Shown here one piece after another: positions 53,473 to 64,000 of a stretch of 64,000 nt of DNA (within the stretch, counting starts at the first letter, position 1; every line of letters begins with the position of its first letter). The stretch is taken from the NCBI GenBank assembly GCA_964016885.1, contig OZ024764.1:13826001-13890000 (forward strand), given 5' to 3'. This DNA is from Eledone cirrhosa. Its lineage: Eukaryota. A model generated the notes under the pieces. The model did not search any database and was not told the origin of the DNA. It worked only from the letters and a program-made list of their open reading frames with translations. The translations under genes and the position numbers were made by a program.

Positions 53473-53804
53473 AGGAAATCTGTTCTATTCAGCCCCCCGA
53501 AGAGGAGATGGAACCTTCCAGGTTTTTAAAAACCGCCCCAGACAACCCCGTATGTTAACACGGCCCTCCCCCAACTTCTACGGGAGATACCGGACGATGC
53601 ATTCAGATTTTACAGTAATGTCTAGTTTAATGGTACTCCGTCGGTTGCAACGAAGAGTTTCTCGGTTGATGCGATCAACAGAACTACCAGCTCGTGAAAC
53701 GAACGATTAACGTCCAAGTAGCTGAGCATTACACAGACACGTGTACCCTTAACCTAGTTCTCAGGGAGATTCAGCATGACACAGAATGTGAAAAGGATCA
53801 TTAG

Positions 53805-53877
<73 letters not shown>

Positions 53878-53989
53878 TAATATATATATATATAATATAT
53901 ATATATATATAATATATATATATATATAATATATATATATGATATATATATATATGATATATATATATATATATATATAATAATATATA

Positions 53990-54020
<31 letters not shown>

Positions 54021-54325
54021 ATACATATATATATATATAATATATATATATATATATAATATATAAATATAATATATATATATATATAATTATATAATAT
54101 ATATATTATATATATATGGATATATAATATATATATATATAATATATAATATATATAATATATATATAGATATATAATATATAATTGTTTCTACTATTGG
54201 CACAAGGCCAGAAATTGCCCAGTACATTACTGGTACTTTATTTTATCGACCTCGTAAGGATGAAAGGCAAAGTTAACCTCAGCGGGATTTATATAATATA
54301 TATAATATATATAATATATATACAG

Positions 54326-54407
<82 letters not shown>

Positions 54408-54524
54408 GGATAGAGATAAATAGATAGATAATATAATATTATATATATATATAAAACCACTGGAGATTTTTTCCCTTTTTTATTGATAGCGCACTGTATC
54501 TCTCTCTAGTGTGTTAGCTTTACA

Positions 54525-54574
<50 letters not shown>

Positions 54575-54802
54575 GTCCACATACATGTGTATATACAGTT
54601 GTTATTACATGCTAAATTTCAGGAATGTTTTCTGAATTAGTTTTCTCAATTATTCTTTTGATGAGAGCATTTAATCCCGAAATATTAAGGTTCATTACAC
54701 AACACCAAAGTAACAACCTAACAATTTTGTTATAATTGTATACTTAAGCTATGTCCCATTTGCATTGTGATAGCCTACTAGCCTACTAAGTACAGACTGT
54801 AC

Positions 54803-54868
<66 letters not shown>

Positions 54869-54890
54869 ATACACATGCATATATATATGC

Positions 54891-54958
<68 letters not shown>

Positions 54959-54981
54959 ACACACATACATATATACATGCA

Positions 54982-55022
<41 letters not shown>

Positions 55023-55412
55023 ACACATACATATATACATGCATGCATATATATATATATATACTGTATATATATTGTTTGTCTTGTCATTTCTTTAACT
55101 ATATATATATATATATAGTTAAAGAAATGACAAGACAAACAATATATATACAGTGTATATATATATATATATATATACATAATATAAGAGCAAAAGATGG
55201 TTAAAAGAGTTACATGTATTTTATTATGCGCATTTCAAAAACAAATATCATCATGAGATGACATTTGCGTTTTCGTCAGATAAAATAGGGAGACATGATA
55301 TGAAGGTTAAAAACACTTGTGAATAGTGCAGTTTTAAATCAACATATTGCTTTATTGTACCACAATAAAACTCACCTCCTACATATATATATACATATAT
55401 ATGTATATATAT

Positions 55413-55466
<54 letters not shown>

Positions 55467-56005
55467 TATATATCTACATGCATACATATATACACACATG
55501 AATAGACTTCATTTAAAAAAGCCGCACGTCCATATAATCACAGACAAAGGAAGAAACCTGTCTATATTGCCTACAAACTATAGCTATACGAATACGAGTA
55601 ATTAATTGGGGCACAAAATATATAGCTAAGTGCCCCAGCAGCATTCCTCAGCAATCAACCATGGGTTTGTTGATATGTAAAGATGTGTGATATATTTAAG
55701 TAATTTAGCTTGTGGTATGCATGAGTGAATGTCTGTCTATCTATATGTCTCTCTCTCTCTATATATATATATATAGGAACGAGTAGGACCCCGACGGCCG
55801 AGCTCAAGCCGTTTCGACGGCTAATTCTGGACTAAAAAAAAAAAATAAAAATTTTTTTTTTTTTTTTTAGTCCAGAATTAGCCGTCGAAACGGCTTGAGC
55901 TCGGCCGTCGGGGTCCTACTCGTTCCTATTACCCACTCTACTACCCTAAGTATTGTGTACTTTGGTGCGTTATGGTCCACCTGGTTCCTTACCACATTTC
56001 TTCCG

Positions 56006-56061
<56 letters not shown>

Positions 56062-56107
56062 GAAATAACAGGAGGCTGGACTGGTGTAAATCCTTGAAAG
56101 GTTTATT

Positions 56108-56165
56108 ATACTATGATCATTTCAATGACCGGGTTCCATATGAATCCGGTGATATCATCAGGTAT
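56108..56165 (-). ncRNA. Hammerhead motif
   Basis: Minus strand: atac-CTGATGA-(..ACCGGATTC atatg GAACCCGGT..)-GAA-ATGATCAT-A-gtat. Confidence 0.75.
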
Positions 56166-56767
56166 TGGAATATAACAAAGGAATATGTAAAAAGCCATGG
56201 GTCTGAAAAATCAGAGACAGAAGGGACGGCTGACCGACTAGCTTCTCAGCCAGCCGCAACTCCGTATTCGCACCACCAACTACACAAACGAAGATGGGTG
56301 AACTGCACTGCGTTGAGTACTCTTCACAATATTACACTAGGATTGACCATACGGAATGACCAGTTCTATCCAGTGGTGAACCAACAAACCTAAAGAAATA
56401 TATATATATATATAAATTTTTGAATTTGTTTAGCAAGATTCTTTATCTGAAAACGTGTGTTGAAACCGATATTGTTATACTTTGGGAGGGTCATGTTGCC
56501 AATAAGAAACACACACAGAAACAAAATGGCGTAGGACAGAACAAAGGAGAGGCACAAAAACAAAGAAAAGAATCCCCAGTCACTGAAGAGGTCACAGAAT
56601 GTGTGACGAAAGAACTTTGACAATATATAAACAACTATCTGGTTGTGGAACCAACCAACCAACCAGAAATTTATAAATTCCTAAATTTATAAATTTATTA
56701 TAATAAATTGAAGTGAAAGCAACTGGTGCGTGTGTTTCTTATTGGCAACATGACCCTCCCAAAGTAT

Positions 56768-56825
<58 letters not shown>

Positions 56826-57118
56826 GGTAACAAATAATAGTTATATGCAGTCCACTTAGGTGTAGTCCAGTTATGGTACTCCGGGTAGTGGATGATATCA
56901 ACGCTTGGCTAAGTTTGACTCAACAAGGCGTTTCCATAGTGATGCTGCGAGTACGCTGTAATTCCTTTGTATTCCGCTGTAATATAACTTTGTATTGGCG
57001 ATCGAGTAACGCAAAAATAAGCGGGTAGCGATCTCTAGACCTACCTGTTCAGAGAAACAATTGTCAGCAATGAGATTAAAAACCTTTTTTGTATAGCAAA
57101 CCGTGTCACTCTTCTTTC

Positions 57119-57181
<63 letters not shown>

Positions 57182-57406
57182 GAATAATCGAGTATCGAAA
57201 AATCGGCGCACGAGTTCACGATAAACAAAATTCGATATGAGCGGCAGAGTGCTCACTAATTTAGATAAATCAGAGCTATAACTATCGTTAAAATACCGTC
57301 ACACACAGAACAAGTCTATAAATCAACCGCATGATCGAAAATTTGCGATCCGGAAGATTCGGGACACTCAGATAAAAAATATCAATAAATCAATAAATTA
57401 AATGAA

Positions 57407-57472
<66 letters not shown>

Positions 57473-57540
57473 GAGAGAGAGAGAGAGAGAGACACATATA
57501 TATATATATATAAGCAGAAGGGATATTCAATTTGTTGGTA

Positions 57541-57970
57541 ATTCAACAAATATAAATGTTTATAACTGATTCAGAGCACTCGACAAGTTTTCTGGATTAA
57601 AAGTTCAATATAAAACCATATTTATGCTATTATATATATTTCAAAGGTACCAAAAACTTTGGTACGCTTTCATCAGATAAAATACAAAGTGTGTTTTATA
57701 AATTATGACATAGCCAAGGAAAACATACCTTATCGGTTGAAGTTTTCCTTGGATAGTTCAACTGATAAGTCAACTGATAAGGTATGTTTTTCCTTGGCTA
57801 TGTCATAATTTATAAAACACACTTTGTATTTTATCTGATGAAAGCGTACCAAAGTTTTTGGTACCTTTGAAATATATATAATAGCATAAATATGGTTTTA
57901 TATTGAATTTTTAATCCAGAAAACTTGTCGAGTGCTCTGAATCAGTTATAAACATTTATATTTGTTGAAT
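57541..57970. mobile_element. Near-perfect fold-back with ~200-bp arms, a hammerhead in each arm
   Basis: Right arm 57832-57883: tat-CTGATGA-AAG c GTACCAAA gtt TTTGGTAC CTTT-GAA-ATATATAT-A-ata. Related single copy at 47901-47960. Confidence 0.85.
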
Positions 57971-58191
57971 TATAGTTTCCATTTATTTAATATCATTGTA
58001 TATATATATATATATATGATTTCTCACGAATGAAACAGTTCTAGTCCTGTAGAATCTCTTCTATATTAAAACATTTATACTCTGCTATGTATTGAGTACC
58101 TTACTTACTGTGGTTACCTCCGATTCAACCCGGAATAACTTGTATATATATATATATATATAACGAGCTCAGCCGTCGGGGTCCTACTCGT

Positions 58192-58225
<34 letters not shown>

Positions 58226-58344
58226 ACGAGTAGGACCCCGACGGCTGAGCTCAAGCCGTTTCGACGGCACCACACCACCAACAGTAAAACGCCACCAATT
58301 ATGTCTGGGTATTTGACATTAAAGGTTCAAGCCCCAGACGCTCC

Positions 58345-58840
58345 TCCGACCACCATCACCGACACCACCCCACCCCACCATCACCGCCACACCATCACCG
58401 ACGCCACCCCATCACCGACGCCACCCCACCATCACCAACACCACCCCACCAAAGATACGTCACCACCACTCTCCTATAATTGACCCCCACACCACCATCA
58501 AAGACACCCCCCCACCACCATCAAAGACACCCCCCCCCCCCACCACCATCACTAACACCACCCCGCTCCTATAATCGACATCGCCAACACCACCCTGCTC
58601 CTATAATCGACACCACACCGCCATTAAAGACACCACCCCGCTCCTATAATCGACACCACCCCATCATCACCGACCCCACAACCACCAACACCACCCCACA
58701 GTCACCAACACCACCCCGTTCCAATAATCGACACCCCCCCCACCCCCCAACCACCAACACCACCCCACAACCACCAACACCACCCCACAATCACCAACAC
58801 CACCCCGTTCCAATAATCGACACCACCCCACTCCTATAAT
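58345..58840. repeat. C/A-rich degenerate repeat
   Basis: Recurring caccacccc and ctcctataatcgacacc units. Confidence 0.8.
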
Positions 58841-59660
58841 TCTGTTATACCCTATGTTATATTTGGTGGTGATGGTGGGGTAAATTATTTTCGGCGCAGT
58901 GTGGTGGGGTGGAGTGTGTGTGTGTGGGGTGTGTGTGGGGTGGAGTGTGTGTGTGTGTGGGGAGGGGGGTGTGTGTGTGTGTGTGTGTGTGTGTGTTCGA
59001 ATGTGTGTATGTATGTGTGTGTGTGTGTATGTGTGTGTGTTTGTATGTATGTGTGTATGTATTTGTGTGTGTTTATATGTATTTGTGAGTGTGTGTGTAC
59101 GCGTGTATGTGCGTGTGTCTGTACGTGTGTGTGTGTGTATGTGTCAGAGTGTGAATGTGTCAGTGTGGGCATTAGTGCGTGTGGGTCAGTGTGTGTGTAC
59201 GTACGTGTACGTGTGTGTACGTGTGTGCATTAGAGTGTGTGTCAGTGTGTGTTTGTGTGTGTGTGTCAGTGTTTGTGTGTGTGTACGTGTGTATGTGTCA
59301 GTGTGTGTCTGTGTGTGTATTAGTGTGTGTCTGTGTCTGTCTGTGTGTCTGTGTGTGTGTGTGTATTAGTGTGTGTCTGTGTCTGTGTGTGTGTGTGTGT
59401 ACGTGTGTGTCAGTGTGTGTGTGTGTCTCTGTGTGTCTGTGTCTGTGTGTGTGTCAGTGTGTGTGTCTGTGTGTGTGTCTGTATGTGTGTGTGTCTGTGT
59501 GTGTGTACGTGTGTGTCTGTGTGTGTCTCTGTGTGTCTGTGTCTGTGTGTGTGTCAGTGTGTGTGTTTGTGTGTGTGTACGTGTGTGTGTGTGTCAGTGT
59601 GTGTGTGTCAGTGTGTGTCTGTGTCTGTGTGTGTGTCAGTGTGTGTGTTTGTGTGTGTGT

Positions 59661-59731
<71 letters not shown>

Positions 59732-59790
59732 TGTGTGTATCTGTGTCTGTGTGTATGTGTCTGTGTGTGTGTGTCTGTGTACGTGTGTGT

Positions 59791-59833
<43 letters not shown>

Positions 59834-60127
59834 TCAGTGTTAATACGAGGAAGATGTAGAAGGCGAGGTAACACAGTGGTTGTAGCGGGGGTCGGGGGGG
59901 GGCTTAAAATAATTACTATGACTTCAGAAGACAAAAGCGGGAGAATGAGTGAGTGGGGGGGGGGGGGGGGGGGGATGAGTGAGGGGGGGGAGGGGAAAAC
60001 GAGTGAGTGTGGGGAAGGGGACAGGGTGCAGGGTGGAGTCCTGAGCCATACTGACACACTGCTCTTCATTCCAGACCGTCCTATTACCTCATCTAACAGG
60101 AAATTGCGCGGTGAAGGTCACGGAAAC

Positions 60128-60192
<65 letters not shown>

Positions 60193-60199
60193 ATGTATG

Positions 60200-60232
<33 letters not shown>

Positions 60233-60265
60233 GTATATATATACTTATATATATATATATATACT

Positions 60266-60307
<42 letters not shown>

Positions 60308-60315
60308 TATTTATT

Positions 60316-60349
<34 letters not shown>

Positions 60350-60355
60350 TACTTA

Positions 60356-60386
<31 letters not shown>

Positions 60387-60442
60387 ATATATATATATAT
60401 ACATATATAAGTATATATATATATATATAAGTATATATATAC

Positions 60443-60476
<34 letters not shown>

Positions 60477-60547
60477 ATACTTATATACATACATATATAT
60501 ATACTTATATATATATATATATATTTAACCATCTTTTGATCTTATAT

Positions 60548-60583
<36 letters not shown>

Positions 60584-60591
60584 TATATACT

Positions 60592-60622
<31 letters not shown>

Positions 60623-60709
60623 GTATATATATATGTATATATATATACTTAAATATATACACACACACACATATATATATATATATACTTAAATATATAT
60701 ATATATACT

Positions 60710-60741
<32 letters not shown>

Positions 60742-60743
60742 CT

Positions 60744-60775
<32 letters not shown>

Positions 60776-60777
60776 CT

Positions 60778-60849
<72 letters not shown>

Positions 60850-60854
60850 CATAC

Positions 60855-60888
<34 letters not shown>

Positions 60889-60900
60889 ATATATACATAC

Positions 60901-60933
<33 letters not shown>

Positions 60934-61237
60934 CTTATCTGTATAAGGGCTGGGAATCTAGGACAGAGTAAGACAGAAGGAGGGGGGGCTCTTAAAATAG
61001 GTGCTGTCGATTGCTCCCATGTGACTATGTGCAGGGTTGATGGAGGGGTGTTGCGTGTGTGTATATATATGCATGTATGTATAAACATATATATATATAG
61101 AGAGAGAGATAAAGACCTAGGTAGACCAATAGATAGATAGATAGTGTGTGAAAGGGAAAGTGTTAAGAACGGAAAATTCCCAAAGGACCTATCTAATGTG
61201 TAAATATGTGTGTATGTATATATATATATATATATAT

Positions 61238-61325
<88 letters not shown>

Positions 61326-61334
61326 ATATATAGA

Positions 61335-61382
<48 letters not shown>

Positions 61383-61409
61383 TATTATATATATATATAT
61401 ATATATAGA

Positions 61410-61453
<44 letters not shown>

Positions 61454-61475
61454 TATTATATATATATATATATAT

Positions 61476-61508
<33 letters not shown>

Positions 61509-61533
61509 ATATATATATATATATATTATATAT

Positions 61534-61591
<58 letters not shown>

Positions 61592-61621
61592 ATATATATT
61601 ATATATATATATATAATATAT

Positions 61622-61692
<71 letters not shown>

Positions 61693-61794
61693 TATATTAT
61701 ATATACGTTATTCCGGGTTGAATCGGAGGTAACCACAGTAAGTAAGGTACTCAATACATAGCAGAGTATAATATATATATATAATATATATATA

Positions 61795-61842
<48 letters not shown>

Positions 61843-61843
61843 A

Positions 61844-61921
<78 letters not shown>

Positions 61922-61929
61922 AATATATA

Positions 61930-62011
<82 letters not shown>

Positions 62012-62026
62012 TAATATATATATATA

Positions 62027-62073
<47 letters not shown>

Positions 62074-62087
62074 TATATATAATATAT

Positions 62088-62121
<34 letters not shown>

Positions 62122-62146
62122 ATATATATATATATAATATATATAT

Positions 62147-62181
<35 letters not shown>

Positions 62182-62363
62182 ATTGTTTCTACTTTTGGCA
62201 CAAGGCCAGCAATTACCCAGTACATTACTGGTACTTTATTTTATCGACCCCGTAAGGAGGAACGGCAAAGTTATCCTCGGCGGGATTTGAACTCAGAATG
62301 GAAAGGGCCGTAACTCTATGCGTCAAAGCATGGCGTCCGACTCTCTACCGATACTGCCAATCC

Positions 62364-62394
<31 letters not shown>

Positions 62395-63204
62395 TCTTTA
62401 TTAACCACAAGGGTTTACACAAAGTAGACATTAAGGACAGTACAGGACAATAGAGGACGGTACAAATGGGCATTTCTGCGTGTAAAAAAAAAAAAAAAAA
62501 TACAGAGGATGTAACAAAAAAAGAACAACGAAAAATTCCCCAATAGGGGGGGGGGAGAGACTTCTAAGGGCCATCCTGGAGAAAGCCCATTAAAAAATGC
62601 CACGGTGACCCTGACCACCAGGACAAGTGCCCTCTCCCAGTTTTCCACCTTTAATTTACAGACACATACTCAGAGTAGGCCCATTCACTCGGGTCATTCT
62701 TGCCTCACTCACCCAATAATAATAATAATGGGTTTTTTTATTGGCCACAAGGGTTAACACGAAGAAAAACATTAGAGACGGCACAGAACAGTACAGGACG
62801 ATATAAAGTGGGTTTTGGTTGTGTAAACAAGTTATAACAAAACTGGGTTAGAAATAATTAAAAAAAAAAAAATAATAATAATAATTGTTTCTACTTTTGT
62901 CACAAGGCCAGCAATTATCCCAGTGTATTACTGGTACTTTATTTTATCGACCCCGTAAGGATGAAAGGCGGAATTTGAACACAGACCAGAAAGGGCCGTA
63001 ACTCTACACTGCATAGCATGGCGTCCGACTCTCTATCGATACTGCCAATCCCCCGCCCTCAGACTAAAATCCAAAGAGGGCTCGATAAGGATAAATATAT
63101 ATCAAAAATATAAGAACCCTAGAGCAGATATTTATTAAAATAACAGATTAAAGTTTAAGCAAAGAATCGCTGTTTTCACCCTTAACGGGATCTTCTTAAA
63201 TATT

Positions 63205-64000
63205 TGATATATATTTATCCTTATCGAGTCCCCTTTGGATTTTAGTCTTCAAATTTATTATTATTACTATATATATATATATATATATATATCCTTATCG
63301 AGCCCTCTTTGGATTTTAGTCTTCAAATTTATTATTATTACTATATATATATATATATATATCGAGTCCCCTTTGGATTTTAGTCTTCAAATTTATTATT
63401 ATTACTATATATATATATATATATCGAGTCCCCTTTGGATTTTAGTCTTCAAATTTATTATTATTACTATATATATATATATATCCTTATCGAGCCCTCT
63501 TTGGATTTTAGTCTTCAAATTTATTATTATTACTATATATATATATATATCCTTATCGAGCCCTCTTTGGATTTTAGTCTTCAAATTTATTATTATTACT
63601 ATATATATATATATATATATCGAGTCCCCTTTGGATTTTAGTCTTCAAATTTATTATTATTACTATATATATATATATATATCGAGTCCCCTTTGGATTT
63701 TAGTCTTCAAATTTATTATTATTACTATATATATATATATATCCTTATCGAGCCCTCTTTGGATTTTAGTCTTCAAATTTATTATTATTACTATATATAT
63801 ATATATATATCGAGTCCCCTTTGGATTTTAGTCTTCAAATTTATTATTATTACTATATATATATATATATATCCTTATCGAGCCCTCTTTGGATTTTAGT
63901 CTTCAAATTTATTATTATTACTATATATATATATATATATATATCGAGTCCCCTTTGGATTTTAGTCTTCAAATTTATTATTATTATTATATATATATAT
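63205..64000. repeat. ~62-70 bp satellite containing (TA)n, runs off the window
   Basis: Unit (ccttat)cgagYccYctttggattttagtcttcaaatttattattattac(TA)n, in two sequence variants. Confidence 0.95.

Noticed and set aside
56830-57400. Possible non-coding first exon or promoter (unique CpG-containing DNA, minus-strand CAG/GTAGG near 57044)
   Set aside because: No ORF, partner exon or convincing motif set; not supportable without transcript data.

Overview
This is repeat-rich animal genomic DNA. The SINE, RTE and microsatellite make-up fits an octopus or other cephalopod (inference). One host gene is supported: a minus-strand TMX1-like thioredoxin-related transmembrane protein. Six GT-AG coding exons (28425 down to 2946) splice in frame to 197 aa with a signal peptide, a WCPAC active site and a TM helix, and a probable seventh exon starts at position 7. 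The rest is mobile or repeated DNA: two tRNA-headed SINE groups, several RTE-clade LINE fragments, CR1-, Tx1- and CRE-like 3' ends, an internally deleted DD37D (maT-type) transposon, TE-derived minisatellites including a ~9.5 kb 39-bp array in intron 1, and many (TA)n tracts. Main hunt results: (1) roughly ten unrelated short element families next to (TA)n carry minimal hammerhead-ribozyme cores (CTGANGA...GAAA with pairable stems), often as fold-back inverted pairs, which suggests Penelope-like or retrozyme-like elements; (2) a permuted (type II-like) hammerhead candidate with a branched stem II; (3) two copies of one RTE family with twin-priming-type 5' inversions; (4) motif clusters resembling activity- or stress-responsive enhancers at 48.1 and 50.1 kb. 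All structures were read by eye; nothing was folded computationally or searched.
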